This document shows positions 9,365 to 21,559 of a stretch of DNA of 56,352 nt, piece after piece (within the stretch, counting starts at the first letter, position 1; the number at the start of each line of letters is the position of its first letter). The translations under genes and the position numbers were made by a program. The DNA comes from Planctomycetota bacterium. Its GTDB lineage: Bacteria; Planctomycetota; Phycisphaerae; WQYP01. The stretch covers positions 1 to 56,352 of the forward strand of contig JAJYFE010000005.1 of NCBI GenBank assembly GCA_021785435.1, written 5' to 3'. Below the pieces are notes generated by a model. It ran no database searches, had not been told where the DNA came from, and saw only the letters and a program-made list of their open reading frames with translations.

Positions 9365-10408
9365 ATGCTTCGAGCGCCGGAAATGGACGCCGCTCTGCGG
9401 CGCTTGGTGGAAGCCGCCATTGCGGAAGATTTGGGAGGATTACCAGGCGCGCCGGGCGCCATCGATCAGACGGTGGCGGCCGCCATAAGCCCCACCCTGT
9501 CCTGCCGGGCGGAAATATCGGCTCGTGCGGATGGCATCACGTGCGGATTATTCCTGGTCGCGGCGATTCTTCAATATTACCATCCCGGCCTGACCTGGAC
9601 CCCTGAGGTGGCCGACGGGCAGGCGGTCATTCGCGGTCAGCGTTTGGGCGCCATCGCCGGGCCGGCGGGGGCGCTGCTTTCCGCGGAACGGGTAGTGCTG
9701 AATTTTGTGGGCCATTTAAGCGGCATCGCCACGCTGACCCATCGTTTTGTCAAGGCGGTGGAAGCGGCGGTCGAGGGCGAACGACCGGTGATCTGCGACA
9801 CCCGCAAAACCACACCTGGCTGGCGGCGGCTGGAAAAGTACGCGGTACGCTGCGGCGGCGGCGTGAACCATCGATTGGGGCTTTATGACGCCGTCATGCT
9901 CAAAGACACCCATTTGGCCGCGTGGGGAAAACAAGCTGGCCCGGCGAAATCATTGGCGGAACTGGCCGCTCAGGTTCGCGCGGCCTTGCCGCGTGACATG
10001 ACGCTGTGGCTGGAAGTTGAATCGCTGGAACAATTGGCGGCGGCTTTGGCTGGTGACGGTCCGGACATTATTCTGCTCGATAACATGACCACGCAGCAGC
10101 TGCGGCAGGCGGTGCGGATGCGGCGGCAGCGCCGGGGAACGCGCCGGCCGCTGCTGGAGGCGTCCGGCGGGATCAGCCTGGCCAACGTAGCGGCTATCGC
10201 ACGCACCGGTGTGGATCGAATCAGCGTCGGCGCGCTGACGCATTCCGCATCGTCATTGGATGTGGCCATGGAAGTCCTGTTCGAACCATCCGGCCCTGGG
10301 AGCCCCGCTCGCCCCGCCGCGGGCGAGCAGGACTTTGTCGAGCCGCCCTCTTCGGCGACCAGTGGGCGGGCGGGCTTTGGCGAGTCGCCTCCTTCGGCGA
10401 CATGCTAA
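9365..10408 (+). CDS. nadC: nicotinate-nucleotide diphosphorylase (carboxylating); C-terminal tail encoded by repeat elements
   Basis: ERVVLNF, SGIAT, DTRKTTPG, NHRLGL.DAVMLKD.H, LLDN, EASGGI and ISVGALTHS motifs. Confidence 0.95.
   Translation: MLRAPEMDAALRRLVEAAIAEDLGGLPGAPGAIDQTVAAAISPTLSCRAEISARADGITCGLFLVAAILQYYHPGLTWTPEVADGQAVIRGQRLGAIAGPAGALLSAERVVLNFVGHLSGIATLTHRFVKAVEAAVEGERPVICDTRKTTPGWRRLEKYAVRCGGGVNHRLGLYDAVMLKDTHLAAWGKQAGPAKSLAELAAQVRAALPRDMTLWLEVESLEQLAAALAGDGPDIILLDNMTTQQLRQAVRMRRQRRGTRRPLLEASGGISLANVAAIARTGVDRISVGALTHSASSLDVAMEVLFEPSGPGSPARPAAGEQDFVEPPSSATSGRAGFGESPPSATC
10333..10401. repeat. two tandem copies of repeat family A inside the nadC 3' end
   Basis: CTTTGTCGAGCCGCCCTCTTCGGCGAC and CTTTGGCGAGTCGCCTCCTTCGGCGAC; same arrangement as 37583-37686. 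Confidence 0.85.
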
Positions 10409-10509
10409 TGCGGTGGTGTGCCGTCGATAGCGAAGCAACCACCGGAACAGCGTTTGGTGCTCGACTGGCCGCGTTACGCGTGGGGTGGCGCCGGAGGCCG
10501 GGGCAGCGA

Positions 10510-12852
10510 CTATTTCGTTGGGGGGCGGTGGGCCTGGGCGTAAAGCAAAATATCGCGGGCCAGCTTCTGGGCCGAAGCCGGCGTGTATCCGGCGATGCCC
10601 CAGGTGTTGGTGCCCAGCAGGCCGCTGGTAATGTCCCAGGGGGAAAAGAGAATCACCCAGCGCCCGCCCGCTTTAACACCCAGTAAATGGGGGGGACGGC
10701 GAGCGTGGCGGACGTTCCGCATGGCCAGGTAGTACTTTCGGTATCGAACGGTCGTCGCCGGCACGCCGCCGGGAAAGGCGCCGCGATAAATGGCGCTGGT
10801 CGGTGGCAGGGCCACGAGGGGGGCGCCGGGCCAAAGTTCGCCGGCCAGCGTAGTAAAGGCGTTGGTAAATGCGGCTTTTCCGCCGGCGGCGTCAGCGAAT
10901 AACAGGCCGCCGGCGTGCAAGTACGTCCGCAAATGTCGCTCGGCCTGGGTTGACAGCTTAAACGCCTCGGTGCCAGTCAGATGCACCAGGGTAATAGTGG
11001 ATGGAATAGGATTTTTTCCGGTCAGTGTGCGGAGCGTCACGCGGGTTTGGAAATAGGTGCGGGCCAGCGCCGCCAGGCGCGGCCAGGCGCCGGGTTCGGG
11101 ATTCCAATTGCCCGCATATTCCAGTTGCGCCATAGTAAAGCGGTGCACGGGCGGGGCGGTGGGCGGCGGCACCCGCAATGATTTGAGCCGATTGGCGAGA
11201 TAGCCTTTGCCGGTGGCGTACCAATACAGGTTGGCCGGCAATTCCCAGAAATCCTTTTTATCGAACGCCCGCCGCTGCCACACGGCGCCAAAGTCGATCG
11301 GAGTGACCAGCCAAAGATAGCGCACTCCGTTGGAAATCGCGGTCAGGCGCATATTCCGCCGGAAGTGGTACCACGGTTGGAGATGATAGAGCGTGGCGCT
11401 GGGCGCCAGCGGATGGGGCGGGTAGCGATCCTGTACGACCTGGCGGCCCACCTGGAGCATGGCGCGCTCAAAGGCATAAGAATGGGCGGAAGAACAGAAG
11501 ACCATACCGCCAGCATCGACATAGGCCCGGAGTTTGGCGATCGCGGCTGCGGAGAAATGGGGGGCGCGATAGCCGGTGATGAACAGCAGCGGGCAGTCCA
11601 GCCAATTGGAGACCGGGGTATGGATGTTGACGACCTGCCAGTTCATCGGGGCTTCAAAATTGCGGCTAACCCAGGCGGTGACATTGGCGTCGTCCCGCGG
11701 CCGGGCGTTCCACGGGCCGTAATACCGCCGGCTATATTGCAGTTTGTTCATAAAGACGGGGTTTAAGCCGCGGGCCAGAATCAGCAAGGCGTAGGCGGTG
11801 CTGACCACCGGGGTGGCGCCGATAAAATTGCCCGACCAACTGCCATTGGCGGCCTGTTGATGCACCAGCGTGTACGCGAAATCTTTGTACCAATTATGCC
11901 CGCCAAAGGTTTGCAAACCGCTGGCCATCCCCACCCGTTCGTCGCCGTACATGGCGTAGAAGTTGGTTTCGGCTGGGTTGAAATGCTCGTCCATCCAGCG
12001 CAGACCGGCGAGAATATTTGGATCCGCCACGGGACGCCGTGGCACATGGCGGGCACCGAGGAACTCATCACAAATAAAGAGGCTGGCGACGCCGGCCGGG
12101 GTGAATTGCATGCCCCGGGCCGCGGTCACAGCGCCGGGGTGGGGCATGTAACCCCAACTGCCGTCAATATATTGCGAACTCCGCCAATGGTGTGCGGCCA
12201 ATAACCAGTAGCGTGGCGGTATGTTCAAGCCGGCGTGGGCGCAGGCCCACATGCCCAGGACACCGTATTGGCTATTGGAATTGTCCCAGCCGGCCAGGTT
12301 GTACACGTAGTGGTAACCGCCGTCGCGGTGGATGCTGCGCAAAAGAAATTGGGCGTCGCCCCGCAGCACGGCTAAGAATTTCCGGCGCCGGGGCAGCAGG
12401 GTCAGCGCGTTGGCTTGAAACGAGGTCGCGTAGGTGGCCGGGGTCCGCAACCGCAGCAAATAGGCGATGGCCTTATTCATGCGGGGGTTGAAGGCATTTA
12501 ATTGGCGGATCAGTTTGGCCACATGATCGCGCCGGCGGGCAACATGGGGAAGCCCCTGTCCGATATCCAGCAGTGCCTCGGTAACCAGGGCGGTCTCGCC
12601 GCCGGTTTCGTTGTAGAACCATTTATGACCGGTATAAGGTCCCTCCCAAAAAGTGCCGGCCTTTTCCCGCTGCAGCAGGTATTCGGCCCCCTTTTTGATG
12701 GCGGCGATCACCTGGCCGCTGCGTACGGTTCGCAGCGCCCCGGCGGCGCTGCCGGGCCCTGCGGCGGCCATGGCCAGTCCCACCAGAGCGGCGCAACGGC
12801 GCCACGCCTTGGGCGGCGCGCCGCGGAGGGCCGTGACAGGATTTTGCAGCAT
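10510..12852 (-). CDS. secreted protein with prenyltransferase/squalene-cyclase-like repeats and two DUF4159-like domains
   Basis: Signal-like N-terminus, DNSNSQYGVLG and Q..DGSW repeats, two domains with HLTG/FITG and YL..GG.LF.DA patterns. This architecture is typical of planctomycetes. Start uncertain. Confidence 0.7.
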   Translation of the reverse strand: MLQNPVTALRGAPPKAWRRCAALVGLAMAAAGPGSAAGALRTVRSGQVIAAIKKGAEYLLQREKAGTFWEGPYTGHKWFYNETGGETALVTEALLDIGQGLPHVARRRDHVAKLIRQLNAFNPRMNKAIAYLLRLRTPATYATSFQANALTLLPRRRKFLAVLRGDAQFLLRSIHRDGGYHYVYNLAGWDNSNSQYGVLGMWACAHAGLNIPPRYWLLAAHHWRSSQYIDGSWGYMPHPGAVTAARGMQFTPAGVASLFICDEFLGARHVPRRPVADPNILAGLRWMDEHFNPAETNFYAMYGDERVGMASGLQTFGGHNWYKDFAYTLVHQQAANGSWSGNFIGATPVVSTAYALLILARGLNPVFMNKLQYSRRYYGPWNARPRDDANVTAWVSRNFEAPMNWQVVNIHTPVSNWLDCPLLFITGYRAPHFSAAAIAKLRAYVDAGGMVFCSSAHSYAFERAMLQVGRQVVQDRYPPHPLAPSATLYHLQPWYHFRRNMRLTAISNGVRYLWLVTPIDFGAVWQRRAFDKKDFWELPANLYWYATGKGYLANRLKSLRVPPPTAPPVHRFTMAQLEYAGNWNPEPGAWPRLAALARTYFQTRVTLRTLTGKNPIPSTITLVHLTGTEAFKLSTQAERHLRTYLHAGGLLFADAAGGKAAFTNAFTTLAGELWPGAPLVALPPTSAIYRGAFPGGVPATTVRYRKYYLAMRNVRHARRPPHLLGVKAGGRWVILFSPWDITSGLLGTNTWGIAGYTPASAQKLARDILLYAQAHRPPTK

Positions 12853-13052
12853 GAGGGCTACTATAATGAAGGCGTCTAGGATAATGCAACCACTGGGCTT
12901 GCGTGCGGGCGGGGGGACATGATACAATACGGGATTATGAAATGCCGGGCCGGAACGATCCTGATCAGAGCCATTGCTTACCTTCACACGGCGGAAACAA
13001 CTTCGGTTGTGGCGGCGCCATAAGTCCTTGACCATGTGGCAGAGGTGACTCC

Positions 13053-16000
13053 ATGCGTATAACGCAGGTACGTGACTATTCCAAGCGCGGCGACGCGATC
13101 CCGATTCCCAATCTCATGGAAATGCAGACCGCCGCCTACGAGCGTTTTCTGCAAGCTGACGCCGAGCCGGAGCAGCGCCGGCCGGAAGGGCTGGAAGGGT
13201 TGCTGCGTGAAGTGTTCCCGATTGCGTCGTACAACGGCACGATGAAGCTGGAGTACCTGAGCTACAGCCTGGGTAAGCCGCGCTACAGCCAGGATGAATG
13301 CCGGGCGCTGCGGCTGACCTACGGGATGCCGCTCAAGATAAAGGTGCGCCTGGTGCGCAAGGACAAACCGGACATCGTGGAGGAAGCGATCTACTTAGGC
13401 GACGTGCCGATCATGATCGGGGGCGGGGAATTCATCATCAACGGCGCGGAGCGGGCGATTGTATCGCAGTTGCACCGCTCACCGGGGGTGGATTTTGTCA
13501 TTGAAACGCAGGAATCGGACCGCCCGCTGCACGCCTGCCGGGTGATCCCGGAACGGGGCAGCTGGATTGAGATCAACGTGACCCGGAAAGACCTGCTGGT
13601 GGCGCACATTGACCAGTCCGGTAAGATTCCCGCCACCACGTTCCTGCGGGCCATGGACGAAAAATATGGTTCAGACGAGGCGTTGCTGCGAGCCTTCTAC
13701 GAAACCCGGACGGTCAGCGCCGGGCAGCTTCAGGCGGATTATTACGCCGTCGGCGCCATCGTCGACGCCGCCACCGGGGAGGAAATCGTCAAGAGCGGGG
13801 CGCTGATCGGAGATCGCGTGGCCCGGATTCAGAACAGCTCCATCAAGCAGGTGGAAGTGATCGAGAAGGTCACGGATCCGCTGATTCTTAACACTCTGCA
13901 GGAAGATGACGCCCACAGTCACAAGGAGGCGTTGCGCAAAATCTACAGTCGCCTGCGGCCGGGCAATCCCCCCAACGACGACAAAGCCCGCGCCCTGTTC
14001 GCGGAGCGGTTTTTCGATACCAATCGCTACCGGCTGGGCCGGGTGGGGCGCTTCCGGATCAACCGCAAATTCGGGCAAAACGTGCCCGAGGATGTGATGA
14101 CGCTGCGCCCGGATGACATCCTGGGGTGCATCAAATACATCATGGAAATGCGTTCCGGGAAGGGCTACGTGGATGATATCGACCATCTGGGCAACCGCCG
14201 GTTGCGCACGATCGGGGAACTGGCGGAGGAAGAGCTGCGTAAAGGCTTCCTGAAACTGCGGCGCACCGTGCAGGAACGGTTGTCGATGAAAGCGCCGGAG
14301 GAAGTGGCTAAGATCGTGGAGCTGGTCAATTCCAAAAGCATCAGCAGTTCTATTGAGTTCTTCTTCGGACGCAGCGAACTTTCCCAGGTGGTGGATCAGA
14401 CCAATCCGCTGGCGCAACTGACCCATGAGCGCCGCCTGTCGGCTTTGGGCCCCGGCGGGCTGAATCGCAAGCGGGCCGGGTTTGAAGTGCGCGATGTGCA
14501 TATTTCCCACTACGGGCGGATCTGTCCGATTGAAACGCCGGAGGGCACGAACATCGGTCTGATCGCCTCGCTTTCCATTTACGCCGGCGTGGACGCCTAC
14601 GGGTTTCTAATCACCCCCTACCGCGTGGTGGAAGGCGGCAAGGTTAACGGCGAGGTGAAATACCTGCGGGCCGATGAGGAAATGAAAACCGTGCTGGCGC
14701 CGCCGGAATCGGTGGATCCCAAGACGGGTAAAGTGAAGTCGGACATGCTGCTGGCCCGGGTCAACGGGGATCTGCAGCAGGTCAAGGGCGGCGACGTGGC
14801 CTACATCGACATCTCCCCCAAGCAGACGGTCGCTATTTCCGCCGCCCTGATTCCGTTTCTCGAACATGACGACGCGAATCGGGCTTTAATGGGATCGAAT
14901 ATGCAGCGCCAGGCGGTGCCGCTGCTGATCACAGAACCGCCGTTGGTCGCCACAGGGCTGGAAAAGCACATTCCGCCCAACAGCGGCATGGTGCGCAAGG
15001 CGGAGCGCGCCGGTACGGTCACGTTCGTGGATGCGGAGCGCATCGTGATCGACCACTCCGATGAATATGTGTTGCGCAAAAACGCGGGGCTTAACGACAA
15101 AACCTGCCTGACCCAAAAGCCGTTGGTGGCGGTTGGCCAGAAAGTGAAGAAGGGCCAGATCATTGCCGACGGCCCGGCCTGCCGCAACGGCGAACTGGCA
15201 CTGGGCCGCAACGTGCTGGTGGCGTTCATGACGTTCGACGGCTACAACTTTGAAGACGCCATCGTGGTCAACGAACGGCTGATCAAGGGGGATGTGTTCA
15301 CATCAATCCACATCGAGGAATTCGACGTCGAGATCCGGGAGACGAAACTGGGGCGGGAGGAATTCACACGCGATATCCCCAATGTCAGCGAACGGGCGCT
15401 GAAGAACTTGGATGAGCACGGCGTGGTGCGCCTCGGCGCCCGGGTGGTTCCGGGCGATATTCTGGTGGGCAAAGTGTCGCCGAAGAGTAAAACCGAGCTA
15501 TCCCCGGAGGAAAAACTGCTCCACGCCATCTTCGGACGGGCCGGGGAGGATGTGAAAAACGATTCTCTGGAGGTGCCGGCGGGGACGGAGGGAGTGGTGA
15601 TCGGGGCGCGGCGATTCAGCCGTCGTACGCACCTGGACGATGAGCAGAAAAAGCAGCTGCAAAAGGAAATGAAGAAATATACGCAGGAGTTGAACACCCG
15701 TTTGGTGAACGTTTTCCGCGCTATGGCGGCGGAAATCAACGCCGCCACGGGCCAGACCATGGTCGATCCGTCCACCCGGCAGAAAGTCGGCAAGTCCGAA
15801 GACGTCGACGTGCTTCTGGAACAGGTGCAGAACTTTACCACCAAGTGGATTAAGGGCGGCGAAGAGGGCCGGCGCAAAGGCGAACAAATTTATCAGCGCT
15901 ATCAAACGCGGCTGCAGGATCTGCAGGAAGAAAAAACGCGCCAGTTAGAACGCCTCAAGCACGGCGACGAGCTGCCGGCCGGGGTGTTGGAAATGGTTAA

Positions 16001-16799
16001 AGTGTATGTGGCCACCAAACGCCAGCTTTCGGTGGGGGATAAGATGGCCGGACGGCATGGCAACAAGGGCGTTATCGCCCGGATCGTGCCGGAAGAGGAT
16101 ATGCCGTTCCTGGAAGATGGCACACCGGTAGATATTCTGCTGAATCCGCTGGGCGTTCCCTCGCGTATGAACGTGGGGCAGATTCTGGAAACCCATCTGG
16201 GTTGGGCGGCGGCGGTGCTGGGATTCCAGGCGGTCACGCCCGTTTTCGATGGCGCCACGGAAGCCGAAATCCACGACGCGGTGGAAGAGGCCAACGGGCA
16301 TATCCGCAGCCGGCGCAAGCAACTGGCGGAACGCCGGCAGCCTCCACCGGCGTCGGAAATTTTTGTGGAAATGCCGCCGTCGCTGAAGGTGTCGCTCTAT
16401 GATGGCCGAACCGGGGAGCCTTTTGAGCAGAAAGTGACCGTCGGGTACATGTATATGCTCAAGCTGCACCATCTGGTGGATGATAAAATCCACGCCCGTT
16501 CCACCGGTCCGTACAGCCTGATCACCCAGCAACCCTTGGGCGGCAAGGCCCGCACGGGCGGCCAGCGTTTCGGGGAAATGGAGGTCTGGGCGCTGGAGGC
16601 GTATGGCGCCGCGTATGTGTTGCAGGAACTGCTCACCGTCAAGTCGGACGATGTCGAAGGCCGCACGAAAATTTATGAAAGCATGGTGCGGGGGAACAAC
16701 GTCCTGGAGGCAGGCACGCCGGTGTCCTTTGATGTCCTATGTAATGAAATCCGCGGGTTGGGTCTGAATATCAGCCTCGAAAAGCGCCAGGGGATATGA
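13053..16799 (+). CDS. rpoB: DNA-directed RNA polymerase subunit beta
   Basis: [43 protein letters not shown] and GGQRFGEME motifs. Confidence 0.99.
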   Translation: MRITQVRDYSKRGDAIPIPNLMEMQTAAYERFLQADAEPEQRRPEGLEGLLREVFPIASYNGTMKLEYLSYSLGKPRYSQDECRALRLTYGMPLKIKVRLVRKDKPDIVEEAIYLGDVPIMIGGGEFIINGAERAIVSQLHRSPGVDFVIETQESDRPLHACRVIPERGSWIEINVTRKDLLVAHIDQSGKIPATTFLRAMDEKYGSDEALLRAFYETRTVSAGQLQADYYAVGAIVDAATGEEIVKSGALIGDRVARIQNSSIKQVEVIEKVTDPLILNTLQEDDAHSHKEALRKIYSRLRPGNPPNDDKARALFAERFFDTNRYRLGRVGRFRINRKFGQNVPEDVMTLRPDDILGCIKYIMEMRSGKGYVDDIDHLGNRRLRTIGELAEEELRKGFLKLRRTVQERLSMKAPEEVAKIVELVNSKSISSSIEFFFGRSELSQVVDQTNPLAQLTHERRLSALGPGGLNRKRAGFEVRDVHISHYGRICPIETPEGTNIGLIASLSIYAGVDAYGFLITPYRVVEGGKVNGEVKYLRADEEMKTVLAPPESVDPKTGKVKSDMLLARVNGDLQQVKGGDVAYIDISPKQTVAISAALIPFLEHDDANRALMGSNMQRQAVPLLITEPPLVATGLEKHIPPNSGMVRKAERAGTVTFVDAERIVIDHSDEYVLRKNAGLNDKTCLTQKPLVAVGQKVKKGQIIADGPACRNGELALGRNVLVAFMTFDGYNFEDAIVVNERLIKGDVFTSIHIEEFDVEIRETKLGREEFTRDIPNVSERALKNLDEHGVVRLGARVVPGDILVGKVSPKSKTELSPEEKLLHAIFGRAGEDVKNDSLEVPAGTEGVVIGARRFSRRTHLDDEQKKQLQKEMKKYTQELNTRLVNVFRAMAAEINAATGQTMVDPSTRQKVGKSEDVDVLLEQVQNFTTKWIKGGEEGRRKGEQIYQRYQTRLQDLQEEKTRQLERLKHGDELPAGVLEMVKVYVATKRQLSVGDKMAGRHGNKGVIARIVPEEDMPFLEDGTPVDILLNPLGVPSRMNVGQILETHLGWAAAVLGFQAVTPVFDGATEAEIHDAVEEANGHIRSRRKQLAERRQPPPASEIFVEMPPSLKVSLYDGRTGEPFEQKVTVGYMYMLKLHHLVDDKIHARSTGPYSLITQQPLGGKARTGGQRFGEMEVWALEAYGAAYVLQELLTVKSDDVEGRTKIYESMVRGNNVLEAGTPVSFDVLCNEIRGLGLNISLEKRQGI

Positions 16800-16930
16800 A
16801 GAAGGCGCAAGGAAGAGGGCCGAAGGCTCGGACCCAGGTTTCAGGGGTTAGGTTTAAGCCAAGAAGAGGCGCCGGAAGCCTGAAACCTGAGAACCAATAG
16901 ACCAAGCACCTGAAGTTGGAGCGTTACACC

Positions 16931-19900
16931 ATGGCTGAACCTGTTTATGATCGAGTCAACGATTACAGCTCCGTGAAGATCGCGCTGGCCAGTCCGAACG
17001 ACATCCGTTCCTGGAGCTTCGGCGAAGTCAAAAAACCGGAGACGATTAACTATCGCACCTACCGTCCGGAACGGGACGGCTTGTTCTGTGAGCGCATTTT
17101 CGGTCCGGAACGGGATTGGGAATGCGCGTGCGGCAAATACAAAGGGACTAAATACAAAGGGGTGATCTGCGACCGGTGCGGCGTAAAGGTGACGCACAGC
17201 CGCGTGCGCCGCAAGCGGATGGGCCACATCAACCTGGCCGCTCCGATCGTGCATATCTGGTTTTTCAAAGCCATGCCGAGCCGGCTGGGCAATCTGCTGG
17301 ATATGAAGACCGGCGATCTGGAAAAAGTGATCTATTACCAGGATTATTGCGTCACGGATCCGGCCTCCACGCCGCTGAAAAAGAAGCAACTGCTGACCGA
17401 GGAAGAATACCGCGAAGCCCGGCAGAAGTACGGCCCGGACTTCAAGGTCCACATGGGGGCCGATGCCATCCGCGTGTTGTTGACCGCGATGGATCTGGCC
17501 GCCACTTCAGCGGAGATCCGCCAGCAGATTGAAAAGACCGCCAGCAAGCAGAAGATTAAGGATTTGACCAAGCGGCTGCGCGTGGTCGAGGCGATCCGCA
17601 AGTCCCAGAACAAGCCGGAATGGATGCTCTACGAAGTGATCCCGGTCATTCCGCCCGACCTGCGCCCGCTGGTGCTGCTGGAGTCCGGTAATTTCGCCAC
17701 CAGCGATTTGAACGACTTGTATCGCCGCATCATCAACCGGAATAATCGCCTCAAGAAGCTGGTGGATTTGAACGCGCCGGAGGTGATCATCCGCAATGAG
17801 AAGCGGATGCTCCAGCAGGCGGTCGACTCCCTGTTCGACAACGGCCGCTGCCGGCGGCCGGTGCTGGGATCGTCGAACCGGCCGCTCAAGTCGCTGACCG
17901 ACATGATCAAGGGCAAACAGGGCCGCTTCCGGGAAAACCTGCTGGGCAAACGGGTGGACTATTCCGCCCGCTCGGTGATTGTCGTGGGGCCGGAGCTGAA
18001 GCTGCATCAGTGCGGCCTGCCGAAAAAGATAGCCCTGGAGCTGTACCAGCCATTCATCATCCGTAAACTGAAAGAGCATGGCCTGGCGGATACGATCAAG
18101 TCCGCCAAGAAGATGATTGAGCGCCGCGACCAGGAAATCTGGGATATTCTGGAAGAGGTGATCAAAGGCCATCCCGTGCTGCTGAATCGCGCTCCCACCC
18201 TGCACCGCATGGGCATTCAGGCCTTCGAGCCGGTGCTGATTGAAGGCAACGCCATCAAGATTCACCCGCTGGTCTGCAAAGGCTTCAACGCCGACTTCGA
18301 CGGAGACCAGATGGCCGTGCACCTGCCCCTGTCGATTGAGGCCCAAGCGGAGGCGCACCTGCTGATGTTGTCCACCCACAACATCTTCTCGCCGGCGAAC
18401 GGTTCCCCGATCATCGGGCCGTCGCAGGACATCGTGCTGGGCATCTATTACATCACCGCCCTGCGCCAGGGCGAGGCGGGGCAGCGGGAACCGGGCCAGG
18501 AACTCGCGTTCCGGGATCTGGCCGAGGCTCTGCGGGCGTACGAGGAGAAACGGATCGGCATGCACACCGCGATCCGCGTGCGTATCGAGCGGGACGCGGT
18601 GGTCCAGGCCCAAACTAAATCGGCCGAACCGGCCCCGGCCCATCGCCGGCTCGTGACCACCGTGGGCCGCTGCCTGTTCAACGACATTCTTCCGCCCAGG
18701 ATGCCGTTCTACAATTACACGCTTTCCAACAAGGGCGGCAGCCGGGTGATCGCGGATTGCTACCATCTTCTCGGCCGCCCGGCCACCATTGATCTGCTCG
18801 ACAACATGAAAGAGCTGGGCTTCAAAATGTCCACGCTGGCCGGCTTAAGTTTCGGCATCACCGATCTGCGCATTCCGGCCCGTAAGGCGCAGATCATTGA
18901 AGGCTCCCAGAAGAAAGCGGAACGGGTGGAACGCAACCTGCACCTGGGCGCCATTACAGAGCGCGAACGCTATAACCAGTTGTTGGACATCTGGGCCCAC
19001 GCCCGCGAGGAAGTCACCAAAGAAATGATGCATGAGCTGGAGCAGGACACCCGCGACCCCCAGACTTATGCGCTGCTCGCGCCGGGTGACGCCAAGGGCA
19101 AGCCCTATCTGAACCCGATCTTCCTGATGGCCGATTCCGGCGCCCGCGGTAACGTGGATAATTTTCGACAGTTGGCGGCCATGCGCGGCCTGATGAGCCG
19201 TCCTTCCGGCGAAATCATGGAAACCCCCATCAAGACGAATTTCCGCGAAGGGCTTTCCGTGCTGGAGTATTTCACCTCCACCCACGGCGCCCGCAAGGGT
19301 TTGGCCGACACGGCGCTCAAGACCGCCGATTCCGGCTACCTGACGCGTAAACTCGCCGACGTGGCCCAGAATGTCATTGTCGCCATGAACGATTGCGGCA
19401 CCTCGAACGGGATCCGCAAGAGCGCCCTGTATAAGGGGGAACAAATCGACGTGCCCCTGCGCGACATCATCGTCGGGCGTTGCGCCGCCGACAGCCTGAT
19501 TAACCCGGTCACCGATGAAGTCATCGTCCGGGAAGGGCAGATTATCACCGAGCCCATCGCCCGCAAGATTGAGGCGATCAACATCGAAACGGTGCGGGTG
19601 CGCAGTCCCCTGACGTGCGAATGCGCCAGCGGCGTGTGCGCCAAATGCTACGGCGTGGATCTGTCCACGAATACCCTGGTGGAAGAAGGCATGGCGGTGG
19701 GCATTATCGCCGCCCAGTCCATCGGTGAGCCGGGTACGCAGTTGACCATGCGGACGTTCCATACCGGCGGTTCGGCGACGCGCATTCTGGAGAAGAACGA
19801 CGTGCGGGCGGGCGTGGCGGGCACGGTGCAATACCGTGACTTGAACGCGGTTCAGGCCTCCGACAGCGAAGGCAACCAGCATACCGTGGTGCTCAAACGC

Positions 19901-21322
19901 AACGGCGAGATCGCCGTGTTGGACGCCAAGCAGCGCGAGCTGGAAAAATATCCGGTGCCCTACGGGGCGTTTTTGATGGTCAAGGACGGCGAGGCCGTTC
20001 GCGCCAACCAGCCTTTGTGCAGCTGGGATCAACACCGCACGCCCATCCTGGCGGAAAAGGGTGGCCAGGTGAAGTTCGAGGATATCCAGGAGGGTGAAAC
20101 CGCACGGGCCGAATCGGAAGGCCGCGGTGGCAAGAAGCGCCTGGTCATCATCGAACATCGCGGCGAGCGCCATCCCCGCATCGTGATCGAGGACCCCGCC
20201 GACGGCAAGATTCTGGATTTCCATTACCTGCCGGCCAAGGCCCGTATTGAAGTTGATCCGGGTCAGAAAGTGACGCCGGGCACTCTGTTGGCCCGCCAGC
20301 CGCGGGAAGTGAAGGGTACTTCGGATATCACGTCCGGTCTGCCCCGGGTGACGGAAATTTTTGAGGCCCGCAAACCGAAGGATCCGGCGGTGATGGCGGA
20401 GATTTCCGGCGCGGTGGAACTCCGCTCTGACAAGCGCCGCGGCAAGATGACCATTATCGTGCATGGCGCGGGAGGTCTGGATCGCGAATACCACGTTCCA
20501 CAGGACCGCCAGCTGCGCGTGCACACCGGCGACCAGGTCGATGCCGGTGATCCGTTGATTGAAGGACCGCTGGTTCCGCACGACATTCTGCGCATCAAGG
20601 GGGAAGATATGCTCCAGGAATATCTGCTCACCGAGGTGCAGAACGTCTACCGCACGCAGAATCAGCGCATCAGCGACAAACACATCGAGGTGATTGTGGC
20701 GCAGATGCTCCGGCGGGTGAAGGTTGATAACGCCGGGGACACGGGCTTTCTGCCCGGCGAGGTGCTCGACAAGTTCCGGTTCCGCCGTGGTAATGAAGCC
20801 GTGGCCAGGATGCTGGTGGTGGAAGATCCCGGCGATACTTCACTGGCGGTTGGCAGTCTGGTGTCGCGGGAACAGTTGAAAGAGGCCGTCGCCGCGCTGG
20901 AAGGCAAGAAGGCCAAGGAGCCGCGGACGCGCCGCGCCAAGCCCGCCACGGCCAAAACGCTGCTGCTGGGGATTACCAAGGCCAGTCTGCAAAGCGATTC
21001 GTTCGTCTCCGCCGCAAGCTTCCAGGAAACCACCAAAGTGCTCACCGAGGCCGCCTTGGCCGGGCGCGAGGATACCTTGCAGGGTCTGAAAGAAAACGTG
21101 ATCTTAGGCCACCTGATTCCAGCGGGAACCGCGTTCCGCCCGTATCAGGAAATCCAGTTGGCGCATCTGGGCAAGCCGGTGGTGGAGGTGACGCCGGAGG
21201 AACTGATCCAGGTTATGCCGACACCGGAACCCGCGGCGCCAGCCGTCGCGGAAGCCGCGGCTCCGACCACGGCGAAGACCGAAACCGCGGTCGAAGTGGA
21301 AGCCGCCGTTGCCGCGCCATAA
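16931..21322 (+). CDS. rpoC: DNA-directed RNA polymerase subunit beta'
   Basis: NADFDGD catalytic motif, zinc-finger cysteines, [13 protein letters not shown]; ATG 16931. Confidence 0.99.
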   Translation: MAEPVYDRVNDYSSVKIALASPNDIRSWSFGEVKKPETINYRTYRPERDGLFCERIFGPERDWECACGKYKGTKYKGVICDRCGVKVTHSRVRRKRMGHINLAAPIVHIWFFKAMPSRLGNLLDMKTGDLEKVIYYQDYCVTDPASTPLKKKQLLTEEEYREARQKYGPDFKVHMGADAIRVLLTAMDLAATSAEIRQQIEKTASKQKIKDLTKRLRVVEAIRKSQNKPEWMLYEVIPVIPPDLRPLVLLESGNFATSDLNDLYRRIINRNNRLKKLVDLNAPEVIIRNEKRMLQQAVDSLFDNGRCRRPVLGSSNRPLKSLTDMIKGKQGRFRENLLGKRVDYSARSVIVVGPELKLHQCGLPKKIALELYQPFIIRKLKEHGLADTIKSAKKMIERRDQEIWDILEEVIKGHPVLLNRAPTLHRMGIQAFEPVLIEGNAIKIHPLVCKGFNADFDGDQMAVHLPLSIEAQAEAHLLMLSTHNIFSPANGSPIIGPSQDIVLGIYYITALRQGEAGQREPGQELAFRDLAEALRAYEEKRIGMHTAIRVRIERDAVVQAQTKSAEPAPAHRRLVTTVGRCLFNDILPPRMPFYNYTLSNKGGSRVIADCYHLLGRPATIDLLDNMKELGFKMSTLAGLSFGITDLRIPARKAQIIEGSQKKAERVERNLHLGAITERERYNQLLDIWAHAREEVTKEMMHELEQDTRDPQTYALLAPGDAKGKPYLNPIFLMADSGARGNVDNFRQLAAMRGLMSRPSGEIMETPIKTNFREGLSVLEYFTSTHGARKGLADTALKTADSGYLTRKLADVAQNVIVAMNDCGTSNGIRKSALYKGEQIDVPLRDIIVGRCAADSLINPVTDEVIVREGQIITEPIARKIEAINIETVRVRSPLTCECASGVCAKCYGVDLSTNTLVEEGMAVGIIAAQSIGEPGTQLTMRTFHTGGSATRILEKNDVRAGVAGTVQYRDLNAVQASDSEGNQHTVVLKRNGEIAVLDAKQRELEKYPVPYGAFLMVKDGEAVRANQPLCSWDQHRTPILAEKGGQVKFEDIQEGETARAESEGRGGKKRLVIIEHRGERHPRIVIEDPADGKILDFHYLPAKARIEVDPGQKVTPGTLLARQPREVKGTSDITSGLPRVTEIFEARKPKDPAVMAEISGAVELRSDKRRGKMTIIVHGAGGLDREYHVPQDRQLRVHTGDQVDAGDPLIEGPLVPHDILRIKGEDMLQEYLLTEVQNVYRTQNQRISDKHIEVIVAQMLRRVKVDNAGDTGFLPGEVLDKFRFRRGNEAVARMLVVEDPGDTSLAVGSLVSREQLKEAVAALEGKKAKEPRTRRAKPATAKTLLLGITKASLQSDSFVSAASFQETTKVLTEAALAGREDTLQGLKENVILGHLIPAGTAFRPYQEIQLAHLGKPVVEVTPEELIQVMPTPEPAAPAVAEAAAPTTAKTETAVEVEAAVAAP

Positions 21323-21463
21323 ACCGATGCCAAGCGATCGTTCCAAGGTCGGCCTGGCGCGCCGGCTATGGGAAATTCATGGCGATTATGGCTTCGGCGG
21401 GGCGGTTCATGCCGGGATCAGGGCAGGGCGGAACAAACGCGCTATGGGCCGGGTGGTTGGTGC

Positions 21464-21493
21464 TCTGTTCCACCTGTAATGAGGGGTGGACGG
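21464..21493. repeat. 30-bp direct repeat, copy 1
   Basis: TCTGTTCCACCTGTAATGAGGGGTGGACGG, identical to 35567-35596. Confidence 0.9.
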
Positions 21494-21515
21494 CCGACGA
21501 GGGCGTCGGCTCTAC
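21493..21515 (-). repeat. GTAG-type REP (family B)
   Basis: Minus strand reads GTAGAGCCGACGCCCTCGTCGGC: GTAG tetranucleotide plus palindrome. Related copies at 28390-28413, 31719-31741, 36920-36974 and 39850-39873. Confidence 0.8.
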
Positions 21516-21559
21516 GGGGGGCGCCGGCGGGAAATCAGGGGCTGGCGGGTGCGAGCCGC

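Noticed and set aside
16835-16915. Short GTTTCAG-like heptamer repeats between rpoB and rpoC (also near 6390, 49570 and 50770)
   Set aside because: Low-complexity intergenic repeats with no evidence of a specific function; used only as a marker of host-type DNA.
18845-20683. 612-aa antisense ORF inside rpoC, and similar long shadow ORFs opposite rpoB, the GH4 gene, the prepilin gene and the aminotransferase
   Set aside because: They mirror well-supported genes on the other strand, are expected from high-GC codon bias and show no recognisable motifs.
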